NCBI GenBank assembly: GCA_032718475.1
Contig: JAUCBJ010004091.1
Location: 7,778-71,777, forward strand
Source: Nemertoderma westbladi
Lineage: Eukaryota > Animalia > Xenacoelomorpha
DNA length: 64,000 nt
Direction: 5' to 3'
Shown: piece after piece, positions 1 to 12,894 of the stretch
Layout of the letters: each line of letters opens with the position of its first letter
Numbering within the stretch: position 1 is the first letter of the stretch
Program-made: the position numbers and the translations under genes
Notes under the pieces: generated by a model
Database searches by the model: none
Seen by the model: only the letters and a program-made list of their open reading frames with translations
What the model was told of the DNA's origin: nothing

Positions 1-3000
1 CCTGCCTAAACAACAATATAACAATTTCCACTGTGGGGCTTACATTTGCTATTTTGCATATCTGCTTCTAAACAATAGACCTCAGTGCCAGTATAATATT
101 GATGACTCTGTAATTTCACTCTTCCGCAAACAAATGTCATCATCAATTATAGAAAAAGCAACTCTAGTTAGACCAGCGCAATCCACTGACCAACCAACAA
201 TGCTGAAGTGCAAGCAAGAAACTCCAAACATCCATACACAACCTACTAACAATGCAGAAGTAAACCGCACACCAACCTTACCACCAACCCAGACCAACGC
301 AAAAAAGTATGACACCTCGACTAAATCCACTAACAGTTGCTCATCAGACACCCAAACGCACCTGCTAAGGATCTACTGCAATCTATGCGAAAAGACAATA
401 AAAATAAACAAGGATGGTAAGGTAAAAAAGCACGAAACCAAAATTGGAGACCTATGCTTAGGATCAGGAAGGCAAACAAATAACACAGTGAAGCCATCTA
501 TGCATCCGACACCAAATGACCAGAATACCGAAGAAAATCTCTCAGCCCACCCACACCCATTTGAGACCGAATTTTCTAATTCCCCAGATTCAAACCTGGC
601 TTTAGAAACTGATCAGACTGCCCCATTTCAACCAGCCATAAATAGTACCCTGCCTCCATTTGAGGCAAGCAATCCCGGTTTCAGTTGGAATGGTATCCCG
701 GGGAGTATATTTATAACACGTCTACAAAGTGTATATGATGAAATCGTCCACTGGAAGCCTTTCCTTTTTGATGTGTCTAGATCACAAGCAGGGAGGATGT
801 TCGTAGACACACTTACCGGCCTCCACAAATCTTTCAGCGAAAAATTAGCACTAGAACCTATGGCTATGTTGGCAATAATGGTACTACCAAAACTTATTCT
901 ACAGGCCGCTGGGAGTCCTGAACAAAAATCTGGGAGTATTAGTCAAACACTGCGTCGAAGGTTGGAGCTATGGGAAGCTGGTAAAATAGAAGATTTACTA
1001 CAAGAGGGCAGAGCCCTTCGCAGGGGAAGAAGGCCTAGAGATAATAAACCTGGCGAACAGCAAAGGCGCGATTTCATCGTCAGGATGGGCACTGGACGTG
1101 TTGCAGCAGCACTCAGTATACTGGGAGACTCAAAGGTACAGGGGAAACCACTTGGTTTAAATGACACAGTCGGAGACAAAACCGTCAAAGAAATTCTTCG
1201 AGAGAAACACCCAAGTCCTGGTAAACTGGACACACTCCTCATTGAATCATCCTGGCCAAATAGTATGGAATACCACCCGGCCATCTATGACCGAATTACT
1301 TTGGAGACTATCCTCTCAGCCACCCTGAGGACCAGGGGTTCCGCTGGACCATATGGACTGGATGCAGATAGTTGGAGGAGGCTCCTGACATCCTTTGGAA
1401 AGAACTCAGTTGACCTAAGAAAGAGCGTCGCAGCAACTACGAGGCGCATAGCAACAGAGCATATAGATCCAAAAATACTAACACCATATAATGCATCTCG
1501 ACTTGCACCACTAGATAAGGATCCTGGAGTAGGCCCTGTTGGTGTTGGGGAGGTTCTGCGGAGGATAAATGGGAAGGATATAATGACCTGTATTAGAGCT
1601 GACTTAGAAAAAGATGCTGATAACACTCAACTTTGTGTTGGACAGATCGGCGGAATAGAATACGCTATACATGCACTTAGAGATCACTTCGAGGACCCAG
1701 AATGTGAAGGAATCCTTCTAATAGATGCAACCAACGCATTTAATGCATTAAACCGCAAACTAACGTTACTAAACTGCCAGGTTATCTGTCCAGCTCTGTC
1801 AACAGCACTATGCAACTCATACAGAAGTCCCTCACAACTGTTCGTAGATAATGAGACCATGTTGTCAGAAGAAGGATCAACACAGGGTGACCCACTGGCA
1901 CTGGCGATGTATGGTGTTGGAACCCTTCCACTAATAAAGCTAGTTGGTAAAGTGGCACACGATCTCGATCAGGAAAAATTTGGAGAAGACAAATTGTTGG
2001 AAAAATGGTTTGCAGATGACGGAAATGCGGCTGGCCGACTACAAACCCTTCGAACATACTGGGATGCCATATGCTCCTTGATATGGTTATTCCCCGAACG
2101 CAATAAAAACATTTCTTATCGTGAAGGAAGGATTCATGAGCGAAGCTAAAACCATTTTTGCTAACACTGGCGTACAACTAACTGAAGGTCATCATGTACT
2201 AGGCTCAGTTATTGGGTCCCAATCATGCTGCAGTGATTATGTAAATGACAAAGTCCATTCACTGTGTGATCAGCTGGTTAAACTTCGAGAATTCGCTGTA
2301 ACAGCTCCTCAGCCATCCTATAGTTGTCTCGTGTGTGGCATGCAACCTAAGTTCAACTTATTATCAAGAACAACTCCTGGGTTTACCACCGCAATGGACC
2401 AAATTAATGACATGATTACAGATCGGGTCATCCCAACCATAACAGGTAATCCCCCTCCAGGTAAAATACAGCGCGATCTCCTCGCTCTGCCTGTCAGGGA
2501 GGGAGGTCTAGCAATATTAAGATCAACCGACCTTCATCAGGGTATCCAGGAGTCCCGAAGATTATGTGAACCGCTCTTTAGTGTTGACACCTGCTTAGAA
2601 CCATCAGAAGCTCGTACAAAACAACAAACAATCCACCGAGAAATAAAGAAAGATCGAATGGAAGGTGTGAAGGAAAGCGCAGCGTGCATCCACAGTAAGC
2701 TTAGCAACAGCGACCAATACCTCCGCCTACTATCTAAGGAAAAGGGAGCCTCTTCCTGGCTGACTGCACTACCACTGACCAAATACGGTTACTCCCTACA
2801 CAAAGAAGCCTTCAGGGATGCACTGTGTTTGCGATTTGGGTGGCAGCCACCAAAGCTTCCTGCACTATGTTCATGTGGGGCCGAACACTCCATATCGCAT
2901 GTCTTACACTGTCCAAATGGTGGATACCCCAGCCTTTGCCATAATGAGGTAAGGGACTACTTGGCGGAGTTATTAGTCGAGGTTTCTCATGACGTGCAGA

Positions 3001-3693
3001 TAGAACCACACCTTCAACCAGTGGGTGATGAACAGTTTAAACTGAGTAGTACCTCAACAGACCTGGATGCTCGACTGGATGTGGCAGCTTCTGGCATATG
3101 GGGTGGACGCTTCCAGAAGCTCTTCATAGACGTGAAAGTTTTTAATCCACTTTGTGCATCCAACCCCAAGTCGATCAATGCAGTTTATACAAAGCATGAA
3201 AAGGATAAGCGCCGCAAATATGAAGAACGGATAACTCTCATTGAACACGCATCCTTTACTCCATTTGTAATGTCAACTACAGGGGGAGCTGGCAGGGGTG
3301 CTCAGGCACTATTAAACAGAGTAGCACTCCTTCTATCTGCAAAGCGAGGTGCTCCTTACTCCGAGACAGTGGCATTAATCCGTACACGTTTAAGCTTTGC
3401 GCTATTGCGCTCTTCAATAATGTGTTTGCGAGGCGCACGAGAACCACGGATTAAACGGGTCCCAATTACTCTGCAGGAAACCGGAATACAGGCAGCTACA
3501 TCTGAGGCCTGTATCAAAGTTTAAACAAGTCATCCCAATCACTACACAGCTCTAATTCCCTTCATCATTCAACCTTTACTGTAGCTACTGTAGACATACA
3601 TATTATTTGTGTTAGTATTTTTATTCCGAAACGTTTATATTTAATTGATATATCTCATTATAAGTATTATTATGAAAAAAAAAAAAAAAAAAA
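1..3693 (+). mobile_element. CRE-like non-LTR retrotransposon (RT + restriction-like endonuclease), 5' end outside window, ends in poly(A)
   Basis: RT motifs IDATNAFN, QGDPLALAMYG, WFADDG; C-terminal ASSWLTALPL..FRDALCLRFG, CSCG..H..HC zinc knuckle, HNEVRD, RLDV..DVKVFNP..KRRKY (RLE), PFVMSTTGG; short 3' UTR and A19 tail at 3675-3693. Confidence 0.92.
2..3524 (+). pseudogene. Frameshifted CRE-like polyprotein (Ulp1-like protease tail, zinc finger, RT, RLE)
   Basis: Frame of ORF 134..2149 is open from base 2; frame break near 2080 (AICSL / YGYSPNAIKTFLIVK) joins it to ORF 2121..3524; conserved residues altered (GVGPVG for GVRPIG, LCHNE for xRHNE). Confidence 0.85.
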
Positions 3694-3894
3694 CTAATTT
3701 GCTTCTTACTTTTCCCTAATGTTCCTTTTGTTTGGCTTGTGTTATGCAAATATACGCAGAATTTCCATGAATAAACATATGATCCGCAAAATAAAATTTT
3801 GTAGATTTTTTTTTGGTCATTAATAAGGTAATATAGAATCCAAAATATGTGGTTCGGATTGATTGCGAAATACTTATGGGTTTTTTGCTAGATT

Positions 3895-4976
3895 GACTGG
3901 ACTATAAGAAAAGGGATGGCGGCCTCCGCCCCATAGCAGTAGGCGAGAACCTCAGAAGGCCTCCCTCAAAGTGCCTTGTCTCTGGGGCGGCTTACATAGC
4001 AGCAGATTACCTGTCTCCTCTCCAGGTTGGGGTGAGTACTCCAATCGTGTGTGAGGCTATTGTTAGACCTGTCTCCTCCACTTTGGACAACACCACCATG
4101 TGCTACTCGTGCTACTAGTGGACTTCAAGAACACCTTCAACGCGATAGACCGTGCGAGTATGTTCTCTGAAATCCGCCTCCATATCCCTTTCATCTCCGC
4201 CTGGATTGAGTCCTGTTACGGCGTACAGGCCATCCTATAGCTGGGAGACAGGAAGATTCTAAGCTGCTGCGGTGTTCAGCAGTGTGATCCACTAGGCCCC
4301 CTGGGTTTTGCCATCACCCTCCAGCCACTGGCCATACGCATCAAGGAGGAGGTCTACTAACCTACAGTTCTCTAGCTGGTACCTGGATGATGGTACCATA
4401 TGTGGCTCCTCCACTGCCCTACCAAACGCCCTTGACATCATTGAACTCATGGGCAGATAGGCCCCCCTATCGGCCTGCTCCTCAATCGGGAGGTAATCTC
4501 AGATATTTACCCTTCAGGAATCTGACTCCAAACTCAATGTTCTCCCAAAGTCAATCCCAGCTCTGTCTACAGGTCTAACACAGCTGGGCTCCCCTATGGG
4601 TCCACTGTTATACTGTGATGAGGCGGTTACCCATCGGGTCAGCAAAGTCAAAGACATCATTGCCTGGCTCCCAGACATAAAGGACTCACAGATGGAGTTC
4701 TCATTGCTACGGTCTTGTCTTTCTCTATACAAGGTCATGTCCGCCCTCCGCTGTTGTCCCCCCGACTTCATTGTCTGCCTCAACCGAGTTCGAATCCGAG
4801 ATGCCCTGTCGGACATCTTAGGTGGGTCGATGGCTCAAAGCTACGCTTCCAACGTCCATGGGTGGACTAGGGCTACGGAAAGCTACCAGCCACGCTCCGG
4901 CCGCGTATGTAGCATCATCCCATCAGTCACTCAGATTGGTCAGCAGAATCCTCTGGCACCCCCCGATGGATCCACA
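3895..4976 (+). mobile_element. Degenerate internal fragment of a second CRE-like element
   Basis: Broken frames give KRDGGLRPIAVGENLRR, LVDFKNTFNAIDR, GVQQCDPLGPLGF, WYLDDG and ATLPTSMGGLGLR..HAPAAYVAS; several stops and frameshifts; truncated by the satellite. Confidence 0.85.
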
Positions 4977-7900
4977 TCGCTTTGTTTGGTTAATTTTTCG
5001 TTGATACAGGTTTCTCGCTTTGTTTGGTTAATTTTTCGTTTATACAGGTTTCTCGCTTTGTTTTGTAAATTTTTCGTTTATAGAGGTTTCTCGCTTTGTT
5101 TGGTTAATTTTTCGTTTATACAGGTTTCTTGCTTTGTTTTGTTAATTTTTTCGTTTATACAGGTTTCTCGCTTTGTTTTGTAAATTTTTCGTTTATACAG
5201 GTTTCTCGCTTTGTTTTGTTAATTTTTTTGTTTATACAGGTTTCTCGCTTTGTTTGGTTAATTTTTCGTTTATACAGGTTTCTCGCTTTGTTTTGTAAAT
5301 TTTTCGTTTATACAGGTTTCTCGCTTTGTTTTGTTAATTTTTTTTGTTTATACAGGTTTCTCGCTTTGTTTGGATAATTTTACGTTGATACAGGTTTCTC
5401 GCTTTGTTTGGTTAATTTTTCGTTTATACAGGTTTCTCGCTTTGTTTTGTAAATTTTTCGTTTATAGAGGTTTCTCGCTTTGTTTGGTTAATTTTTCGTT
5501 TATACAGGTTTCTCGCTTTGTTTGGTTAATTTTTCGTTTATACAGGTTTCTCGCTTTGTTTTGTTAATTTTTTCGTTTATACAGGTTTCTCGCTTTGTTT
5601 TGTTAATTTTTCGTTTATACAGGTTTCTCGCTTTGTTTTGTAAATTTTTCGTTTATAGAGGTTTCTCGCTTTGTTTGGTTAATTTTTCGTTTATACAGGT
5701 TTCTCGCTTTGTTTTGTTAATTTTTCGTTTATACAGGTTTCTCGCTTTGTTTTGTTAATTTTTTTGTTTATACAGGTTTCTCGCTTTGTTTGGTTAATTT
5801 TTCGTTGATACAGGTTTCTCGCTTTGTTTGGTTAATTTTTCGTTTATACAGGTTTCTTGCTTTGTTTTGTAAATTTTTCGATTATAGAGGTTTCTCGATT
5901 TGTTTGGTTAATTTTTCGTTTATACAGGTTTCTCGCTTTGTTTTGTTAATTTTTTCGTTTATACAGGTTTCTCGCTTTGTTTTGTAAATTTTTCGTTTAT
6001 AGAGGTTTCTCGCTTTGTTTGGTTAATTTTTCGTTTATACAGGTTTCTTGCTTTGTTTTGTTAATTTTTTCGTTTATACAGGTTTGTCGCTTTGTTTTGT
6101 TAATTTTTCGTTTATACAGGTTTCTCTCTTTGTTTTGTAAATTTTTCGTTTATAGAGGTTTCTCGCTTTGTTTGGTTAATTTTTCGTTTATACAGGTTTC
6201 TCGCTTTGTTTTGTTAATTTTTCGTTTATACAGGTTTCTCGCTTTGTTTGGTTAATTTTTCGTTGATACAGGTTTCTCGCTTTGTTTGGTTAATTTTTTG
6301 TTTATACAGGTTTCTCGCTTTGTTTTGTTAATTTTTCGTTTATACAGGTTTCTCGCTTTGTTTTGTTAATTTTTTTGTTTATACAGGTTTCTCGCATTGT
6401 TTGGTTAATTTTTCGTTTATAGAGGTTTCTCGCTTTGTTTGGTTTCTCGCTTTGTTTGGTTAATTTTTCGTTTATACAGGTTTCTCGCTTTGTTTTGTAA
6501 ATTTTTCGATTATAGAGGTTTCTCGCTTTGTTTGGTTAATTTTTCGTTTATACAGGTTTCTCGCTTTGTTTTGTTAATTTTTTCCTTTATACAGGTTTCT
6601 CGCTTTGTTTTGTAAATTTTTCGTTTATAGAGGTTTCTCGCTTTGTTTGGTTAATTTTTCGTTTATACAGGTTTCTCGCTTTGTTTTGTTAATTTTTTCG
6701 TTTATACAGGTTTGTCGCTTTGTTTTGTTAATTTTTCGTTTATACAGGTTTCTCGCTTTGTTTTGTTAATTTTCGTTTATACAGGTTTCTCGCTTTGTTT
6801 GGTTAATTTTTCGTTTATACAGGTTTCTCGCTTTGTTTGGTTAATTTTTCGTTTATACAGGTTTCTCGCTTTGTTTTGTAAATTTTTCGTTTATAGAGGA
6901 TTCTCGCTTTGTTTGGTTAATTTTTCGTTTATACAGGTTTCTTGCTTTGTTTTGTTAATTTTTTCGTTTATACAGGTTTCTCGCTTTGTTTTGTTAATTT
7001 TTCGTTTATACAGGTTTCTCGCTTTGTTTTGTAAATTTTTCGTTTATAGAGGTTTCTCGCTTTGTTTGGTTAATTTTTCGTTTATACAGGTTTCTCGCTT
7101 TGTTTTGTTAATTTTTCGTTTATACAGGTTTCTCGCTTTGTTTTGTTAATTTTTTTGTTTATACAGGTTTCTCGCTTTGTTTTGTAAATTTTTCGTTTAT
7201 AGAGGTTTCTCGCTTTGTTTGGTTAATTTTTCGTTTATACAGGTTTCTCGCTTTGTTTGGTTAATTTTTTTGTTTATACAGGTTTCTCGCTTTGTTTTGT
7301 AAATTTTTCGTTTATAGAGGTTTCTCGCTTTGTTTGGTTAATTTTTCGTTTATACAGGTTTCTCGCTTTGTTTGGTTAATTTTTTTGTTTATACAGGTTT
7401 CTCGCTTTGTTTTGTAAATTTTTCGTTTATAGAGGTTTCTCGCTTTGTTGTGTTAATTTTTCGTTTATACAGGTTTCTCGCTTTGTTTGGTTAATTTTTC
7501 GTTGATACAGGTTTCTCGCTTTGTTTGGTTAATTTTTCGTTTATACGAGTTTCTCGCTTTGTTTTGTAAATTTTTCGTTTATACAGGTTTCTCGCTTTGT
7601 TTGGTTAATTTTTCGTTTATAGAGGTTTCTCGCTTTGTTTTGTAAATTTTTCGTTTATACAGGTTTCTCGCTTTGTTTTGTTAATTTTTTTTGTTTATAC
7701 AGGTTTCTCGCTTTGTTTGGTTAATTTTTCGTTTATACAGGTTTCTCGCTTTGTTTTGTAAATTTTTCGTTTATACAGGTTTCTCGCTTTGTTTTGTTAA
7801 TTTTTTTGTTTATACAGGTTTCTCGCTTTGTTTGGTTAATTTTTCGTTGATACAGGTTTCTCGCTTTGTTTGGTTAATTTTTCGTTTATACAGGTTTCTC

Positions 7901-8968
7901 GCTTTGTTTTGTAAATTTTTCGTTTATAGAGGTTTCTCGCTTTGTGTGGTTAATTTTTCGTTTATACAGGTTTCTCGCTTTGTTTTGTTAATTTTTTCGT
8001 TTATACAGGTTTCTCGCTTTGTTTTGTTAATTTTTCGTTTATACAGGTTTCTCGCTTTGTTTTGTAAATTTTTCGTTTATAGAGGTTTCTCGCTTTGTTT
8101 GGTTAATTTTTCGTTTATACAGGTTTCTCGCTTTGTTTTGTTAATTTTTCGTTTATACAGGTTTCTCGCTTTGTTTTGTTAATTTTTTTGTTTATACAGG
8201 TTTCTCGCTTTGTTTGGTTAATTTTTCGTTGATACAGGTTTCTCCCTTTGTTTGGTTAATTTTTCGTTTATACAGGTTTCTCGCTTTGTTTTGTAAATTT
8301 TTCGATTATAGAGGTTTCTCGCTTTGTTTGGTTAATTTTTCGTTTATACAGGTTTCTCGCTTTGTTTTGTTAATTTTTTCGTTTATACAGGTTTCTCGCT
8401 TTGTATTGTAAATTTTTCGTTTATAGAGGTTACTCGCTTTGTTTGGTTAATTTTTCGTTTATACAGGTTTCTCGCTTTGTTTTGTTAATTTTTTCGTTTA
8501 TACAGGTTTGTCGCTTTGTTTTGTTAATTTTTCGTTTATACGGGTTTCTCTCTTTGTTTTGTAAATTTTTCGTTTATAGAGGTTTCTCGCTTTGTTTGGT
8601 TAATTTTTCGTTTATACAGGTTTCTCGCTTTGTTTTGTTAATTTTTCGTTTATACAGGTTTCTCGCTTTGTTTTGTTAATTTTTCGTTTATACAGGTTTC
8701 TCGCTTTGTTTGGTTAATTTTTCGTTTATACAGGTTTCTCACTTTGTTTGGTTAATTTTTCGTTTATACAGGTTTCTCGCTTTGCTTTGTTAATTTTTCG
8801 TTTATACAGGTTTCTCGCTTTGTTTGGTTAATTTTTCGTTTATACAGGTTTCTCGCTTTGTTTGGTTAATTTTTCGTTTATACAGGTTTCTCGCTTTGTT
8901 TTGTTAATTTTTCGTTTATGCAGGTTTCTCGCTTTGTTTAGTTAACATTTCGTTTATACAGGTTTCTC
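4977..8968 (+). repeat. 38-bp satellite, about 104 copies, unit contains a splice acceptor
   Basis: Unit GTTTCTCGCTTTGTTTGGTTAATTTTTCGTTTATACAG; the ORF track shows a 38-aa period = 3 x 38 nt; the last unit runs directly into the P450 exon. Confidence 0.97.
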
Positions 8969-9108
8969 CCCGAACAAAAGAAGAATCGCAACCCCTATGT
9001 TTACGCTCCTTTTGGCCTCGGGCCCAGAAGTTGCCTAGCAACCAGATTTGCATTGCTGGAAGTAAAGGTGGCTCTCGTGAGAGTCCTTCAAAACTATAAC
9101 ATTCAGAG
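8962..9108 (+). CDS. Cytochrome P450 (clan 3, CYP3-like) penultimate exon with heme-binding motif
   Basis: tacag|G...CAGAG|gtaag, 147 nt, phase 2/2; translates (R)[48 protein letters not shown](R): end of PERF plus FxxGxRxC signature, closely resembling the equivalent CYP3A exon. Confidence 0.95.
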
Positions 9109-10392
9109 GTAAGATGAGCTCTAGTTAAACTCCATTCTGTTAACATGCAGAGGTAAGATGAGCTCTAGTTAAACAACACATTGACAGATAACATCCAGAT
9201 GTAAGATGAGCTCTAGTTAAACAACACATTGACAGATAACATCCAGATGTAAGATGAGCTCTAGTTAAACTCCATGTTAATAACATCCAGAGGTAAGATG
9301 AGGTCTAGTTAAACTCCATGTTAATAACATCCAGAGGTAAGATGAGCTCTAGTTAAACTCCATGTTAATAACATTCAGAGGTAAGATGAGCTCCAGTTAA
9401 ACTCCATGTTAATAACATCCAGAGGTAAGATAAGCTCCAGTTAAACTCCATGTTAATAACATTCAGAGGTAAGATGAGCTCTAGTAAAGCTCCATGTTAA
9501 TAACATCCAGAGGTAAGATGATCTCTAGTTAAACTCCATGTTAATAACATTCAGAGGTAAGATGAGCTCTACTAAAACTCCATGTTAATAACATCCAGAG
9601 GTAAGATGAGCTCTAGTTAAACTCCATGTTAATAACATCCAGAGGTAAGATGAGCTCTAGTTAAACTCCATGTTAATAACATTCAGAGGTAAGATGAGCT
9701 CCAGTTAAACTCCATGTTAATAACATCCAGAGGTAAGATGAGCTCTAGTTAAACTCCATATTAATAACATTCAGAGGTAAGATGAGCTCTAGTTAAACTC
9801 AATGTTAATAACATCCAGAGGTAAGATGAGCTCTAGTTAAACTCCATGTTAATAACATTCAGAGGTAATATGAGCTCTAGTTAAAGTCTATGTTAATAAC
9901 ATCCAGAGGTAAGATGAGCTCCAGTTAAACTCCATGTTAATAACATTCAGAGATAAGATGAGCTCTAGTTAAACTCCATGTTGATAACATCCAGAGGTAA
10001 GATGAGCTCTAGTTAAACTCCATGTTAATAACATCCAGAGGTAAGATGAGCTCTATTTAAACTCCATGTTAATAACATCCAGAGGTAATATGATCTCTAG
10101 TTAAACTCCATGTTAATAACATTCAGAGGTAATATGAGCTCTAGTTAAAGTCTATGTTAATAACATCCAGAGGTAAGATGAGCTCTAGTTAAACTCCATG
10201 TTAATAACATTCAGAGATAAGATGAGCTCTAGTTAAACTCCATGTTGATAACATCCAGAGGTAAGATGAGCTCTAGTTAAACTCCATGTTAATAACTTCC
10301 AGAGGTAAGATGAGCTCTAGTTAAACTCCATGTTAATAACATCCAGATATAAGATGAGCTCTAGTTAAACTCCATGTTAATAATATTCAGAT
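9097..10392 (+). repeat. 44-bp satellite, about 29 copies, unit contains a splice donor
   Basis: Unit AATAACATCCAGAGGTAAGATGAGCTCTAGTTAAACTCCATGTT (period 44, e.g. 9601 to 9645); first unit overlaps the 3' end of the P450 exon. Confidence 0.97.
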
Positions 10393-10554
10393 TTTCACGG
10401 ATATTTTCTGTTTCGAATGGACGTTCTGGTCCTTCTGTTTCGAATTCTGATATTTATAACATAGTAGTGGTATAATAAGCGTTGTCAATATACAACTATA
10501 CTATACATCTCTTTATTATAAATATTTGATATGATTCTTATTTTTATTCTTCAG

Positions 10555-10648
10555 GTGTGAGAAAACTGTAGTTCCACCTGCTATTTCCGGGGCCGGATTT
10601 TATTCTCCAAAGAATGGAATTTGGGTTAAAATTACCCCACGTGATTAA
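10555..10648 (+). CDS. Cytochrome P450 terminal coding exon
   Basis: Pyrimidine tract + ttcag|G; phase matches the previous exon; (R)CEKTVVPPAISGAGFYSPKNGIWVKITPRD* is a typical clan-3 C-terminus. Confidence 0.9.
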
Positions 10649-10883
10649 TTTCACTTCTGACTACCATATAGAATGAGTGATTGATGCTACTCTGTGTTCA
10701 TTGGGACTACTAACTATAACTCTTTCGCAACTATATCAACTCAAAGTATCATTTATAGAAACACTTTGGGTATCAATTTATATCGATTATCGTTCGAATA
10801 TATTTTGTTGAGTTAATAATAGTGATGGTGAAGTGACAAATTGGTTGATTTGATTTCTTTTGGTATTTGTTTCTACACGTATC

Positions 10884-10889
10884 AATAAA
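10884..10889 (+). promoter_or_regulatory. Candidate polyadenylation signal of the P450 gene
   Basis: AATAAA about 235 nt after the stop codon, followed by T-rich sequence; the region is AT-rich so this is weak. Confidence 0.45.
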
Positions 10890-12260
10890 AAGTTGTATTT
10901 TTTAAACCAAAACAGTTAGCTCTCATAAAAAATACCATCTTCCAAAAATTAAGATAGCAGTAATTATAGATTCCAACATATTCCAGCAATATCCACTTAC
11001 TACAATATATATTAAATGTAATAATTTATTTTGGCAACTAATTGTATTTATTATTATGTATTATATAAACTATTTTGATTTTTAAATTGTTGGCGTTTTA
11101 GGGTTTAGCCTGCTCTTCTAAAAACCTGTCAACTCGTACAAACTCAATACACACAGTTCAATTGCGGTAAATTTGGGACAAAAGGTCTTCCTTTTCCGAT
11201 CCATTTTCTTAACGAACAAATAACTTCATTTCAATTTCCGGTAACAGACGGTCATAGTTGGGTTGGGTCTTTACATTTTCTACAGTATATTCTCTAATAA
11301 TATGAGCTAGTAATATTCTCTACAGATAAATTTTCCCAAATTGTAAAACACAACATTATATTTGACCACTTATTGTTATTTTTATAGTTTCAACATTAGT
11401 TTTCCAATAGGGACAACTAACTGATATTGTTCAATGTGCTAACGTTGGACGGACGTTTAGAATTGTAGCAGCAATGACAACGTAACTTGATAATTTTTGA
11501 CAATATCATATACTATTATGAACTTTACCTGATGTCAGCATAGCAATATAACATGATAACAACGATGAACGGGCATTAATTCACCTTGGGTACCCATAGT
11601 TTGACCAATTGTTTTCATATGAAAAAGGCTTTTATCATGAGGTTTTTTTCTAGAACAAATATTTGACCTTCTGCTGACAGTAGGATGGTATTTTTTTCCA
11701 AAATATGTTCTAGGAAAAAAAAGTGTTATGGAACAAAAATATTTATCAATATATTAAACTAACACATGTTCTATAACATTTATAAAAATGTAGAAAAAAC
11801 TAGCTAGTATGAAAAATAAACAATTTCTATAACAAAAAATGTGTTCTAGAACAAAAGTATTTATCCAAATTGATAGCTAACACGTGTTCTATAACATTTA
11901 TAAAAATTTTAGCAATAACTAACTTGTATAAAAAATCCATGTCATGGAAATTAGTTTGAAATTTTAATTCAACATTACTTTTTTGTTGTTGATAAAAAAG
12001 TGTTATTTTTTTGTCAAACTTGTTAACGACTTTGACAAAAAAGGTGACATACAACAGATAAAATATTTTTTTATAAAAATAGTACAGCAACAGAACATGA
12101 TAACAAAGTCACGTGACAACGTAACTAAATGACATTACGACAACAAACATGATTTATGTTTGATAAGAAAGATTTGGGCAAATTCCGGAAACGTTGGGAA
12201 ATGACGCTAGCCCTGATATCGCAGATGAATCAGGGATTTACAAGCTAAGTGATCTGTGGA

Positions 12261-12410
12261 GGTGTTGGTGTTGGTGTTGGTGTTGGTGTTGGTGTTGGTG
12301 TTGGTGTTGGTGTTGGTGTTGGTGTTGGTGTTGGTGTTGGTGTTGGTGTTGGTGTTGGTGTTGGTGTTGGTGTTGGTGTTGGTGTTGGTGTTGGTGTTGG
12401 TGTTGGTGTT
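12261..12410 (+). repeat. (TGTTGG)n hexanucleotide microsatellite, about 25 copies
   Basis: Directly visible perfect repeat. Confidence 0.97.
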
Positions 12411-12894
12411 GTGTTCTAGTGGTATGGCAGGTATATGTCGATTGTTAACTTTTTTGTTCATCTTTCTCGTTGTCCACTATATATCTTCTCTCAGTGCATA
12501 AAATTTGTTTGCGTAGGAATGCTTACCATTATTACAACCACCTTTAAATGTAACCGATTGATATCCTATTACAGTTGGCGTCAGGTGCACCTCAGCCCCC
12601 CCCCCCCCCCTCCACTTCCGGTCTTAGCTTAGCCATCACCTCCTTGCGGCACTAGCATTACTATTAGTATGGAGTCAACACCATACTGGAAGTACTGGAA
12701 TCGATTTGTGCCGAAGATGGATGGAGACCGGAAATCGATATTAATAAATAAACTGTTAACCTATTGTATGTAGCATTCTATGTAACTTTTGTTCGTTCTA
12801 TTTCTAGTCGTAAATAATAGTTCGCTAAAATTTGCCGTACATACCTTTTTTTAGAACTTTGTTGTCCTTTAGCCCAGATATAAGACGTGCTAAA

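Noticed and set aside
5129-8679. Many hydrophobic ORFs (IQVSRFVLLIF...)
   Set aside because: Translations of the 38-bp satellite.
4977-10392. CRISPR array interpretation of the 38-bp and 44-bp repeats
   Set aside because: Head-to-tail units with no unique spacers, no cas genes, and a spliceosomal eukaryotic context.
11090-11330. Possible minus-strand coding remnant
   Set aside because: Short broken frames with no recognisable motif; cannot be supported.
12194-12501. WC/VL/NT dipeptide ORFs, or a telomeric repeat
   Set aside because: Short interstitial (TGTTGG)n; not TTAGGG/TTAGG type and not terminal.
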